Assembly: GCA_011364925.1 (NCBI GenBank)
Contig: RDOA01000023.1
Location: 1-50,005, forward strand
Source: Promethearchaeota archaeon
GTDB taxonomy: Archaea; Asgardarchaeota; Lokiarchaeia; Sigyniarchaeales; SOKP01
Direction of reading: 5' to 3'
Length of the DNA: 50,005 bases
Position 1 is the first letter of the stretch, and every line of letters begins with the position of its first letter. A model generated the notes under the pieces. The model worked only from the letters and a program-made list of their open reading frames with translations. It was not told the DNA's origin and did not search any database. The position numbers and the translations under genes were made by a program. Positions 18,146-28,548 of the stretch are shown here, piece after piece.

Positions 18146-19270
18146 ATGACACGCAGCAAATTTGAGAAAGAAGATATGCCAGACACAGAAAAAAATAGAG
18201 AAATTTTCAACAGAAAGGAGGAACATTTAAAAATTCCTCTTGAATACGATGTGCAACATTCTATCAACTATTTTGACGATATCAAACTAATTCACCATGC
18301 AATTCCAGAAAATGACCTTGAAAGAGTTGATCTTAAATTTAAATTCTTTAACAAGGAGATTTCCGCTCCTATTTGTATTTCAGCTATAACTGGTGGACAT
18401 CCCGTCTCAAAGGAAATTAATAAAATTCTTGCTAAAGCTGCTGAACAAGAAAATATAATTATGAGCGTTGGAAGTCAAAGAATAGGTCTAGAAGATCCCT
18501 CTACAATAGACTCTTTTAAAGTCGTGCGTGAGTTTGCCCCTACAATACCGGTTATAGGAAACCTAGGATTGGGTCAGGTAGGTTCGACTTATTTCAAGGA
18601 AGATGATTTAACTAATTGTATTGATATGGTAAACGCTGATGTAATGGCGATTCATCTGAATGCGTTGCATGAACTCGTTCAATTTAAAGGTAATGTCTCG
18701 TACAGAAATTTTAAAGCTAATTTTAAGAAGATTCGAGAACATACTAGTATTCCTCTTATTGCAAAGGAAGTTGGAAGCGGACTTAATAAAGAAATCGCCT
18801 TATCGCTTGATGAGTTAGGTTTTGATGGATTTGACGTAGGAGGTGCTGGTGGTACGAGTTTTGCTGCAATTGAATCAAAGCGTAATAACTTCGACAATGA
18901 TATGTATTCTAGAAATCCAGCAGATGTATTTAGAGAATGGGGAATTCCCACACCAGTTAGCATTGTAAATGTTCGTTGTGTTTCTAAAAAAGTAATAATT
19001 GCTACTGGGGGGTTAAGGACTGGAATTGATATCGCTAAATCCATAGTATTAGGCGCAGATATAGGTGGATTTGCTTACAAATTTCTAAAATCTTCATGGC
19101 AGGATAGGAAAAACGATACAATATCAAATACCGTTAAAGAAATAAAAACGTTAAAAAATGAATTACGCTCAAGCTTATGGTTAATGAACTTAGAGAATTT
19201 GAGCGAGTTAAAAAATAAGAGAGAAAAATGCGTCTTACTTGGTGATTTATACCTCTGGTTAAATCAATGA
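18146..19270 (+). CDS. fni: Type 2 isopentenyl-diphosphate isomerase (FMN-dependent)
   Basis: RKEEH, AITGG, VGSQR, HLNALHE, KEVG, GAGGT and WGIPT motifs. Confidence 0.95.
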   Translation: MTRSKFEKEDMPDTEKNREIFNRKEEHLKIPLEYDVQHSINYFDDIKLIHHAIPENDLERVDLKFKFFNKEISAPICISAITGGHPVSKEINKILAKAAEQENIIMSVGSQRIGLEDPSTIDSFKVVREFAPTIPVIGNLGLGQVGSTYFKEDDLTNCIDMVNADVMAIHLNALHELVQFKGNVSYRNFKANFKKIREHTSIPLIAKEVGSGLNKEIALSLDELGFDGFDVGGAGGTSFAAIESKRNNFDNDMYSRNPADVFREWGIPTPVSIVNVRCVSKKVIIATGGLRTGIDIAKSIVLGADIGGFAYKFLKSSWQDRKNDTISNTVKEIKTLKNELRSSLWLMNLENLSELKNKREKCVLLGDLYLWLNQ

Positions 19271-19283
19271 AAGCGATCGTTAA

Positions 19284-19841
19284 TTATTCTTGATTTCCCC
19301 ATCTTTTTATCCCACTTTCAATCCCAAGGTGTTCAAGAATTCTCCCAACAAAGTATTTATTAAGTTCTTTGATGGTTTTCGGCTTGATGTAATAGGAAGG
19401 AATGGGCGGTGCTATAATAACTCCCAATCTTGAAAGTTTAAGCATATTTTCTAAGTGAATTGCACTAAAAGGACTTTCTCTTACCACTAAAATAAGTTTT
19501 CTATTTTCTTTTATTGTTACGTCTGCAGCTCTAGTAATCAAATTATCTGCGTAGCCGTTAGCAATTGACGCTAAAGTTTTCATTGAGCACGGAATGACAA
19601 TCATAGCATCGTTTTTGTAAGAACCGCTTGCAGGACCTGCGGTTAAATCACTGACCTCATAATATTTATCAGACAATTCAATAATGTCATTAATTGTTTT
19701 GTCAGTTTCGATTTCAATAATCTTCTCAGCTACTTTTGAAATAATTAATCCAATCTGGATGCCTTTTTCTCTCAATTGTTTCAACAAAATTATAGCTAGG
19801 TTAACTCCACTAGCCCCAGTAATTGCAACGAGAATTTTCAA
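19284..19841 (-). CDS. ubiX: Flavin prenyltransferase UbiX
   Basis: VAITGASG, ASGS, PCSMKT, RAADV and RESP motifs; AGGTGA SD before TTG. Confidence 0.95.
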   Translation of the reverse strand: MKILVAITGASGVNLAIILLKQLREKGIQIGLIISKVAEKIIEIETDKTINDIIELSDKYYEVSDLTAGPASGSYKNDAMIVIPCSMKTLASIANGYADNLITRAADVTIKENRKLILVVRESPFSAIHLENMLKLSRLGVIIAPPIPSYYIKPKTIKELNKYFVGRILEHLGIESGIKRWGNQE

Positions 19842-19876
19842 GATGTTATCACCTTGTAAAGAAGAATTAATAATAA

Positions 19877-20944
19877 CTAAAATTTTCTTTCTAATACAAA
19901 TTTTAATAAATTTTCAAAAAATTCTGCTTCAGATTCATTTAAAATCTGCTTCAATTTTTCTAAAGATTCGCTTGCCTCATTATAGTATGTCGTAGCAATA
20001 CTTTTGCACGTGTTAACCACATCCGCTTCTATAAATAACTCTTTAACTTGTTCGATATCTTCGGCATCAATTTCTGTTTTAGAGAAAAGATTTATGAGCT
20101 CTTCTTGCTTTGTTCCTTCTAATGTGTTTATCGCTTCGATTAACAAACTAGTACGCTTTCCCTCCCGAATATCTCCATCTGTAGGTTTTCCAGTTATTTT
20201 TTCGTCTCCAAAAGTTCCCAAAATGTCGTCTATTATCTGAAAAATAATCCCCAAATTTATGCCATATGTTGAAAGATAAGGGATGAATTCTTTTCCAACT
20301 TGAGCGTAATTTGCGCCAATTAAGATTGCCTTTTCTATAAGAGCCCCCGTCTTAAGTGAAACCATCTTTATATACTCATCTATAGACTGACTCTTCCTGT
20401 TAACCATATCGAATTCTATTAATACTCCGTGAATTACTTCGGTAAATGCCTGTCTGTAATATCGGATCGAATTAAGATTCAAATCTCGCGAAAAGTCTTC
20501 ATTAAAGTACGCCTCTGCTCCCATAATAAATGTAGTATCTCCACCTATGATACCTATACTAGTCCCAAAATCTACAGCGTCAAATTTTGTAAACTGATTT
20601 TTTAAGTGATATTGTTTAAACCTATAATGAAACGCTGGGTTCCCTCGGCGAAAGTCGTCCTTATCGATTATATCGTCGTGTATCAAAGTAGCGTTATGTA
20701 AAAATTCGATGCCTACGCTAGGGTGAACAATTTCCTCTGCTACTTTATGACTGATCCCATTATATGTTGCGATTGTGAGCAATGGTCTGATCCTTTTTCC
20801 CCCGGCTAACATGTAATCTTTAATTTCTGAGTAATAGTCTTTAAGGAAATTATGGCTCATGTCATTTATTCTTTGGTTAAAAATAGAAGCTATGACAGAA
20901 TTTATCTTAGGAACATATAATCTGGAGTACGTAATAAATTTAAT
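19877..20944 (-). CDS. idsA: Polyprenyl (geranylgeranyl) diphosphate synthase; frame open 28 codons upstream of ATG 20860 to a probable ATT start at 20944
   Basis: GGKRIRP, HDDIIDKDDFRRG, KTG, FQIIDD and GK...D.REGK motifs. The start position is inferred from an AGGTGA SD six nt upstream. Confidence 0.88.
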   Translation of the reverse strand: MKFITYSRLYVPKINSVIASIFNQRINDMSHNFLKDYYSEIKDYMLAGGKRIRPLLTIATYNGISHKVAEEIVHPSVGIEFLHNATLIHDDIIDKDDFRRGNPAFHYRFKQYHLKNQFTKFDAVDFGTSIGIIGGDTTFIMGAEAYFNEDFSRDLNLNSIRYYRQAFTEVIHGVLIEFDMVNRKSQSIDEYIKMVSLKTGALIEKAILIGANYAQVGKEFIPYLSTYGINLGIIFQIIDDILGTFGDEKITGKPTDGDIREGKRTSLLIEAINTLEGTKQEELINLFSKTEIDAEDIEQVKELFIEADVVNTCKSIATTYYNEASESLEKLKQILNESEAEFFENLLKFVLERKF

Positions 20945-20954
20945 AAGATTTCAC

Positions 20955-22064
20955 CTAATCCATTAATTTCTTCATAACTATTTCAGAACTGCGGTGGCTT
21001 TCCCATAGTCTTAAAAATTTCTTCAAGCTTTCCTCGTCTTGATAAATTTTATCTCGAGTAAATCGTTTTGCTACTAACACTTTTAAGAACCTTCGATCTA
21101 AGGATCTTCCATAAGTAATCCCTAATTTGTCAAGCTTATCTCTATTTTCGCACGTTTTTATAGATTCAATTGCGATTTGGCCCGACATCATAGCATAAGG
21201 AATACCTTTTCCTGAGATAGGGTCAACAATTCCACCTGCATCCCCAACAGCAAAAACATTATCTTCATAAAGTTTAGATCTTAATCCTACTGGAATTAGA
21301 TGAGGTTTAAAGATTTCTAACGTTGAGTTTTTTAGTGCCTGTTTGACGAAAGAGAGTGCTGTAAATTTTTTAAATTCCTCTCTAGAATTACTTACCAAAT
21401 TGATTTGATTACCCCACCCTACAGTTATTGTATCTGCTTTGGGGAATAACCAAGCGTAACCAACAGTGATTAGATTTTTTATGCCAAAGAATAAATGAAC
21501 AGCATCAGATCCCAAATGCGTATCTATATTGGATGTGGCGGTTTTTCGCTCTTCTGTAATTGTAAGAACGAGGTTATCTTTCGCAAAAGGTGGCCATTTT
21601 AACAACTTTAGAGTAAGAGAATTGACTCCATCAGCAGCGATTACATATTTAGCAGTATATTTATCTCGGTCAGTAGATATTTCGTATAACCCATCTTGTT
21701 TTTCAACATTAATCATTGGCTCTTTTTCTTTTAGAAGCGCTCCAGCGTCAACTGCCATATCAGTTAGGTATTTATCAAACGTACTCCTCCAAACCACGCC
21801 CCCTTTACCTTTTTTACTAAAGGTTTCCCCATCAACATGGTGTAATTCTAAAGACTCAATAACTCTACTGATTTTCTCTTCTGGAAAGCCAATTTCTTCC
21901 ACCAATTCCCATGCTAACGCACCGCCACACGCCTTATATCTACCTTTATCTCCCAGTTCTTCTTTTTCGAGGATGCAAGCAGAATAACCATTTTCAGCAG
22001 CAGCTTTTGCCGCAAACGACCCCCCGGGTCCCGCTCCTATAATTACAATATCAAAGTTTTTCAT
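20955..22064 (-). CDS. Geranylgeranyl reductase family FAD oxidoreductase
   Basis: GAGPGG, KACGG, AADG, YAWLFP and VGDAGG.VDP.SG.GI motifs. Confidence 0.88.
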   Translation of the reverse strand: MKNFDIVIIGAGPGGSFAAKAAAENGYSACILEKEELGDKGRYKACGGALAWELVEEIGFPEEKISRVIESLELHHVDGETFSKKGKGGVVWRSTFDKYLTDMAVDAGALLKEKEPMINVEKQDGLYEISTDRDKYTAKYVIAADGVNSLTLKLLKWPPFAKDNLVLTITEERKTATSNIDTHLGSDAVHLFFGIKNLITVGYAWLFPKADTITVGWGNQINLVSNSREEFKKFTALSFVKQALKNSTLEIFKPHLIPVGLRSKLYEDNVFAVGDAGGIVDPISGKGIPYAMMSGQIAIESIKTCENRDKLDKLGITYGRSLDRRFLKVLVAKRFTRDKIYQDEESLKKFLRLWESHRSSEIVMKKLMD

Positions 22065-22216
22065 AATGTCTCAAAATTCTTACAACGAAGTTTCTTGTAG
22101 TAAAGTTAGCTAGAATAAAAATCGTTTCACATAATCAATAATATTAATTATATAATACACAAAATTAGACATTGAGAAAGGATTACAAAGAAAAGATATA
22201 CTTTTTCAACTAATAT

Positions 22217-22807
22217 TTACAATAGATTAAAATTATCAGTCTGCTGAGATAAATCCTTTAAGAAGTATTCCATTTCCGATTTCCTTTTTTCACAGATTTT
22301 TTTTGCCTCTGTTGTAATTATTTTTGATGGGAGATCATCATAGAATTTCTGTATAAGTTTAATTGCACTTTTTAAGTCAGGAGTCCAATCTTCTTTTCCC
22401 ACTATTGCAAGTAATCGTGTAATTCCAATTGTTCCCATAAAATCTAATGTGTCTGCATCATGAAATAAAATAGATTCCACATTTTCAGAAGGATTAATAT
22501 TAAACATATGGGTTCGGATTATATCTTTTACTTTGAAAATTTTCTCTGAAGGAAACCCAATTCTCTGAAGGATATCATCACATTGTTCCATAGCGACTTC
22601 TGAATGATTTCTTCCCTTTTTTTTGTAAGGATGAAAAGCACCTATATCATGTAAATATGCAGCAGCAAAAATTGCATCTTCATCTATTTTAATCTGTTGA
22701 GATTTTGCTAAATCTAACGTTAAATTATTAACTCTCTTAAAATGTGAAAAACCCCAAGCAGGATGTTTAAAAGCTGCTGCAAATTTAATAAGTTCATCTC
22801 TCCACAT
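22217..22807 (-). CDS. HD-domain phosphohydrolase
   Basis: H..RV, LHDIG and DADTLD motifs. Confidence 0.88.
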   Translation of the reverse strand: MWRDELIKFAAAFKHPAWGFSHFKRVNNLTLDLAKSQQIKIDEDAIFAAAYLHDIGAFHPYKKKGRNHSEVAMEQCDDILQRIGFPSEKIFKVKDIIRTHMFNINPSENVESILFHDADTLDFMGTIGITRLLAIVGKEDWTPDLKSAIKLIQKFYDDLPSKIITTEAKKICEKRKSEMEYFLKDLSQQTDNFNLL

Positions 22808-22848
22808 GATTATTATCAGTAAAATGTTTTTAGGATATTAGAATTGTT

Positions 22849-25650
22849 TTATATCTTTTTTTTAAATTTTAATTTTAAAGTAGCTATCACATGAGGATTA
22901 ATAGTTATATTAATTATATTATCTTGGAGGAAATTTATCGACGCTTTTATTGGATTTATAGGAGCTTCCTCCAGTAAATTAACTATTTTTGCTTCAAAAA
23001 TATGTAATTTCTCATAAAACTTAAATTCTGTTGTCTGGGACTCTGGACTTATGTTGTACACTCTAATTATGACATAATCTTCCTCTTCCGATTTTTTCAA
23101 AGCACTTAAGATAACTTTTGCATTATCTATTTCAAGAAAACTAAGTTCAGTCGGTAAGAATGTTTCTAATTCTAATTTTCTTGTTCCGGATACGAATACA
23201 GTTTCATATGATATTATCCCGAAAGGGATTAATATTACCCTATCTGAAACCCTTAATGAACTTCTAGCCATTGAAGGGAAGATTAGTTTTAATGGATTGT
23301 TAAATTCTTTTCCTCTTTTATGAATAGCAGCTTCAATCCAATTTGACTTGTCTTCTATGACAACTGATAAATTAAAAGTGTGTTTTCCTAAACACTGAGC
23401 CTCAGGAGTATTTAAGTCCGGTCCCGCATTAGATTTACGAGTAGCAAAATCATGTCTTGATAACCATTCTACACTTCTGAGTAACGTGATAGCTAAGGTT
23501 AAAGTGTTGTCATCATTTTTGATTGCCTCATATTCAGGTAAACCTTTATTTAACACAGCAAAAGTTGTCTTTTCATCAGTTACTGAAATGAAATCTTTCT
23601 GATGATTAGTTGGCAATGGTCTTTGCGCCCAATTTTCTGCTACAGGTAGATCGATATCCCTTGATATGACATAAAAATGACCATCACATTTTACAGTATT
23701 TGTGATAAGTTTTGATGGAAATAAGACTCTTATTCTATGATCCTTACTATTATTATCCAATTCTATTTTAAAATCAATCCTTTTGATATTGTTATAAAGG
23801 CTGATATATATATTAATTGGATTTGAAAGTAAATAATTTTCTCTACTATATCTATCCTCAGTCAGCGAAGCAGGTAAATTTAAATTGCCTCGAATAACTA
23901 ATGTTTTCTGAGTTGGACCATCTATGTAAGGTAATATTTCTAGAATATTTAGATCTTCAGTAGTAAATTTTAAGTCAGTTTGATTCTCATTAGGTCCAGA
24001 AAAATCATATTCATCTCCCCAATCCCCAACATCTTCAAAATAACATACATTTTCATACCAATTTCCACCTTTTTTATCATAGATACTAATTATTCCTTGT
24101 AATGACACTTTTATTAGGTAAAATTGATTTTCTAAGCCCCTAAATTTCATACTAAAGGTATCAGTTGAGATTGGAGGTTCAGTCATCGTTTCATTTGGCA
24201 CAATATAAAAAACTTTATATCCGCAAGCAGGGATATCTGCTAAGAAAGTATATAAATAACTTTTCCCTTCCACTTGAGTATATCGTGGATTCTCTTTGAT
24301 GGGAAGATATTGGTAACTTATTTCAGTATCATCAGAATCAATTACTTTAAATAATCCTTTTAATTTACTTCCAAACATTTTAGGGTTAACAATATTATTA
24401 AATTGGACGATATCAGTTCTTCTCCATGGAAGTGGATTGAATACAATAAAAGGGACATAATTGTTTACTTCTTTAAACTTAATGAGGCTCGACAAGTGAA
24501 TTATAGCATCCTTAACAATCTCATTTCCAATTTGTTCTGCCCAATCAAATCTAGTTGCCATTTCTCTATGTACTTGGTCTATCGAACAACCACAGATCGA
24601 GTCATGAGGTGAGTTGCGAAGAAGCCATTTCAATCCTACGAGGATATAAGCTTTTGGGTATTCATATTCTTCATCCTTATCAAGAATCCATGTAATAGTA
24701 GATAATGGTTCGGTATATTTTTCATATAAATATTCAATTTCAGTATTTCTCTGCTTAATCCACATCCTTGCCGATAATACTCCTGATAATAAATGTGCAT
24801 ATTTTCCCCCTCTTAATTCACCTTGAAACGATTTTAATTTAGGATTATAACTTAATATTTTATTAATATAATATTCAAAGTCACTTTGTTCCATTTTTTG
24901 ATCTGGAAAAAGTTCATTCCACTGAGAGACAATTTCAGGAATTTCAGCCCGAGCCTCGTGATGGTCTGTACCGCTATTAAGAAGTACAAACGGAGTTGCT
25001 GTATATCTCTCGAATTTTTTTATAGTTCTCTTCATTTTATGTAAAGCTGATTTATATTTCCCATCCTTTTTTGACATTCTAATATCTGCTATAGAACTAT
25101 AACTCAAGATAAGATGAATGGCTATTATAGATGCTGCATTGCCTGGTGCGTTCCACTTAAATTCCATATTTAAATTATTTTCCTCAAATTCATTTCCGAA
25201 GCCTCTCCAAAAGAGAACTGCTGGCAATTCGAACCCACTAAGAATTTGTGGTAATTGTGCTATATGACCAAAAGGATCGGGGATATATCCGACCTTCATG
25301 ACCCTTCCAAATTTTCTGGATATCTGATGTCCAATCAATAGATTTCGAATTGTAGATTCTCCGCTAACTAAGAATTCATCAGGAAGGATATACATTGGAC
25401 CAATAGATAATCTACCCTCACTCACATACTTCTTTAATTTTTCTTTTCTATTTGGTCTTACTTCTAAATAGTCTTCTAAAGGGATAGTTTGACCATCCAA
25501 TGTGAAGTTTGTATAATCTTGATCGTTCTTTAAAATATCTAATAATTTATCCATCAATATTACTAACCTTGCTCGATATTCTTGGAAAGGGAGATACCAC
25601 TCGCGGTCCCAGTGTGTTTCTGGGACAATAATAATATGATTAGCTTTCAT
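22849..25650 (-). CDS. Glycoside hydrolase family 38 alpha-mannosidase (MngB-like)
   Basis: THWDREWY, LDGQ, GYIPDPFGH and HDSICGCS motifs. Confidence 0.93.
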   Translation of the reverse strand: MKANHIIIVPETHWDREWYLPFQEYRARLVILMDKLLDILKNDQDYTNFTLDGQTIPLEDYLEVRPNRKEKLKKYVSEGRLSIGPMYILPDEFLVSGESTIRNLLIGHQISRKFGRVMKVGYIPDPFGHIAQLPQILSGFELPAVLFWRGFGNEFEENNLNMEFKWNAPGNAASIIAIHLILSYSSIADIRMSKKDGKYKSALHKMKRTIKKFERYTATPFVLLNSGTDHHEARAEIPEIVSQWNELFPDQKMEQSDFEYYINKILSYNPKLKSFQGELRGGKYAHLLSGVLSARMWIKQRNTEIEYLYEKYTEPLSTITWILDKDEEYEYPKAYILVGLKWLLRNSPHDSICGCSIDQVHREMATRFDWAEQIGNEIVKDAIIHLSSLIKFKEVNNYVPFIVFNPLPWRRTDIVQFNNIVNPKMFGSKLKGLFKVIDSDDTEISYQYLPIKENPRYTQVEGKSYLYTFLADIPACGYKVFYIVPNETMTEPPISTDTFSMKFRGLENQFYLIKVSLQGIISIYDKKGGNWYENVCYFEDVGDWGDEYDFSGPNENQTDLKFTTEDLNILEILPYIDGPTQKTLVIRGNLNLPASLTEDRYSRENYLLSNPINIYISLYNNIKRIDFKIELDNNSKDHRIRVLFPSKLITNTVKCDGHFYVISRDIDLPVAENWAQRPLPTNHQKDFISVTDEKTTFAVLNKGLPEYEAIKNDDNTLTLAITLLRSVEWLSRHDFATRKSNAGPDLNTPEAQCLGKHTFNLSVVIEDKSNWIEAAIHKRGKEFNNPLKLIFPSMARSSLRVSDRVILIPFGIISYETVFVSGTRKLELETFLPTELSFLEIDNAKVILSALKKSEEEDYVIIRVYNISPESQTTEFKFYEKLHIFEAKIVNLLEEAPINPIKASINFLQDNIINITINPHVIATLKLKFKKKI

Positions 25651-25735
25651 TTTATAATCTAATAAAAAATTTATTTTGTCTACCTAATTATATACAAAAA
25701 AGAATGAAAATTTTAAATCCTTATTAAATTCCAAT

Positions 25736-27256
25736 TTAATAATTTAAAACCGATTTTCCAACGACGCTGAAATGAGGTTTTTCACCTAACATACCCAAAA
25801 GCGATGGGACCATATCAGTAGTTTTGCAATACGACAGTTCCATTTTAGGGATATTCGGAGATCCTCCAATAATAAAAGGAACTGTCATAGATTTTTTAAG
25901 CCCAATATCGTGTGAATACGGTTGGAATGACTTCGTTTGCCCGTGTTCGTATCCAAATGCGTATTCATCAAGCGTAGAAATCACAATATCACTCGAGCGG
26001 GGATTTTTAAGATAACGTGGGACTTGATCTACTACTATCGGGAAATCTATTTGATTAGTCGCTTCAAGCCATTCATCGATTGTATGCCCCTTATTATCGA
26101 GAAGGCGAGCGGATTTTTCGTTTTCGCTATATTTATAGAAATCTTCGCTATCAGGGATGTATTTCGTCTTCTGCTTTATTCCATGTCCCTCGTACTCAAT
26201 TATATCTTTCAATAATTTACCAGTTTCTTTATTTCGATGTTCAAGATAAATAACTCCATTATCGGGAGTATTACTGTCGTCACGATAGTACATCAATTTT
26301 ACGCCAGGAATATTCCATAAGGTTTCGAATAAATTCAATTTCCTCCTACTTGGACTACTTGGAGTAAATTCTTGTAATTGGCTATAGGTGGGGTGATGGA
26401 ACCAGTCATCCCCCCGGAAGTTAAAGAATCCAACGCTCCCAATCGTAACATCGAAATCTCCCGTACCCTTTCTTGGATCATATTGTTTCAACCCTTTTTC
26501 GGCAAAATATGGCGCTAAATCGTGAACTTTTTCTGCTTTATAATTTCCGTGGTCAGAAATTATACCTATTGCGGTGAATTCGAGATGTCCCGTATTTCTT
26601 AAAGTCTCGATAAGTGTTCCAATAGATGTATCGAATTTAATTAGCTCGTTAATATACTCTGGATGGTCAAATCCTTTATTATGCATTAAATCGTCGGTTT
26701 TAGGGATATACGCAACAGTTACTTTGGGCACACTATTATCCTCAAAGAGGCTTTTTGGATTTTTAAAAACGTCTTCGACTCCCCTTAATATCGACTGAGT
26801 TGTGTATTCTTTGGGAGGTATTAACACTGATCCTCGATTTATAAGGTTTAATGAGCTTAAGAAATTGCCTTTTCCCGCTTGTTCAAAAATCGTCTGGCAA
26901 TTTGAACCTAAGTCGCTATTAATTTTTAAAAGATGGTTCCCCTTACCGTAATTTCTAATGATTGGAAATCTTTTCCCCGCTACTGGAGGGTCTGATCTTC
27001 CCACCCAATGATACTCCGGTATTCCACTTCCCTCTATGGGAAAATATCCCGAGTATGAACCGATAACTATGTTACTGTAGCAAGGATATGTAATGCTCGG
27101 GTAGGATGTAATGCAATTTTGCGATTGTATACCGCTTTCGGCAAGTTTGGCGATATTAGGGAGTTTTCCCTTTCCTATAAGATCGAAGAATTGAGAAGAT
27201 CGAACATCATCGACTAAAATTAATATGACTTGATCTACTATAATATTTCTGGTCAT
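25736..27256 (-). CDS. Alkaline phosphatase superfamily / nucleotide pyrophosphatase-phosphodiesterase
   Basis: ILVDD, PSIT (nucleophile), DDLMH, ISDHG and SH motifs. Confidence 0.85.
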   Translation of the reverse strand: MTRNIIVDQVILILVDDVRSSQFFDLIGKGKLPNIAKLAESGIQSQNCITSYPSITYPCYSNIVIGSYSGYFPIEGSGIPEYHWVGRSDPPVAGKRFPIIRNYGKGNHLLKINSDLGSNCQTIFEQAGKGNFLSSLNLINRGSVLIPPKEYTTQSILRGVEDVFKNPKSLFEDNSVPKVTVAYIPKTDDLMHNKGFDHPEYINELIKFDTSIGTLIETLRNTGHLEFTAIGIISDHGNYKAEKVHDLAPYFAEKGLKQYDPRKGTGDFDVTIGSVGFFNFRGDDWFHHPTYSQLQEFTPSSPSRRKLNLFETLWNIPGVKLMYYRDDSNTPDNGVIYLEHRNKETGKLLKDIIEYEGHGIKQKTKYIPDSEDFYKYSENEKSARLLDNKGHTIDEWLEATNQIDFPIVVDQVPRYLKNPRSSDIVISTLDEYAFGYEHGQTKSFQPYSHDIGLKKSMTVPFIIGGSPNIPKMELSYCKTTDMVPSLLGMLGEKPHFSVVGKSVLNY

Positions 27257-27384
27257 AATTAAATTAAATTTATTTAGAATTTAAATTCGTATTGGGATAA
27301 GAACTTTATTTGGAAATTTCATATTTTTAAACTTTAAATCGACTATCGAAAAGTTTTTGTTTAATATTATATTTCATAAGCCAT

Positions 27385-28485
27385 ATGAGTGAAGTAGTGG
27401 AAAAAAACTTCATAGTGGGAATCTTAGGGGATAACTTTAACATAAACAATTTAATAGGACAATCACTAGGTTCTCCGGGAACAAGATCAGATATTCTTTT
27501 TTATAATAGGTTAGATCTCAACTTAAATCACGTTTTTTGTGGCCTTACACCACTAGATTATCCCGAAAAAATTAAACCTCTTTTACAGACATTAGTTATT
27601 TCCAATATCCACATTCTTGTTATAGATCTAAATACAGGATTGAACGCTTCAATTGGCGAAATATTAGTTGGTATGGACTTATTTCACCAATTATTTAAAA
27701 CTAAGACTTTAATCGTAATAGCGGGAATCAATTCCAAAACAGAATGGAAATTGGACGAAACAAGGAAGAAGATTGAAAAAGTCTTAGAAAGTACAAATTT
27801 GAAAAATTCTGTTATTTTCGAGCTTAGAACAAAGGAAGATTACGAAAATTTAAAGAAACAGATTATTCAGTTAGGGTCTGAACTCTTAGAAAGCAAGCCC
27901 AATGATGAGCTAATAACTAAAATACTAATCGATCATGTTTTTCCTGTTAAAGGCATTGGTACAGTGATACTAGGTATAGTTAAACAAGGTAAGGTTGAAA
28001 GTGGTCAATTATTAGAAATTACAGGTTATGAATCTGCAGTAAAAAAAGTGATAATTCGGAGCATTCAGAAGCATGATCGAAACTTTAAGGTTGCATACGA
28101 GGGAGATAGAGTCGGTCTTGCATTAAAAGGGAATATTTCTCCTCAAGACATTAGCCGAGACAATATTCTAGTTAGTCCTGGAGTTTTTAAACCGTTGAGA
28201 GAAATAGAAGCTCAAGTTTTTATCAACCAATATTATTCACCAAAAGGAGGTGTAATTAAACCAGGTGACGGAACGCAATACTTTGGTTTAGTTGGATTAA
28301 AATTATCTCCGTTCAAATTTATAGAAGGTGAAAATTTACTTCCTGGTAAGAGTGGAACTGCCAAACTACAATTTGATAAATCTGTTTTGTATGATGGTGC
28401 GGAGATCAAGGGAATCATAACTGAGCAAAATCGATTTACCAATAAACTACGCATAGTTGGATATTTTTCGCAAACTAAAGACTAA
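27385..28485 (+). CDS. Archaeal SelB-like protein (aSelBL) with degenerate G domain and EF-Tu domain II
   Basis: IDHVFPVKGIGTVILG, IRSIQ and GDRVGLALK motifs; no GxxxxGK P-loop; YPEKIKPL motif. Confidence 0.8.
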   Translation: MSEVVEKNFIVGILGDNFNINNLIGQSLGSPGTRSDILFYNRLDLNLNHVFCGLTPLDYPEKIKPLLQTLVISNIHILVIDLNTGLNASIGEILVGMDLFHQLFKTKTLIVIAGINSKTEWKLDETRKKIEKVLESTNLKNSVIFELRTKEDYENLKKQIIQLGSELLESKPNDELITKILIDHVFPVKGIGTVILGIVKQGKVESGQLLEITGYESAVKKVIIRSIQKHDRNFKVAYEGDRVGLALKGNISPQDISRDNILVSPGVFKPLREIEAQVFINQYYSPKGGVIKPGDGTQYFGLVGLKLSPFKFIEGENLLPGKSGTAKLQFDKSVLYDGAEIKGIITEQNRFTNKLRIVGYFSQTKD

Positions 28486-28548
28486 AAACATATATAAGTT
28501 CTGAGAGCTAATTATAAATAATCAAATCGATTTGCCGTTAATCCGATT

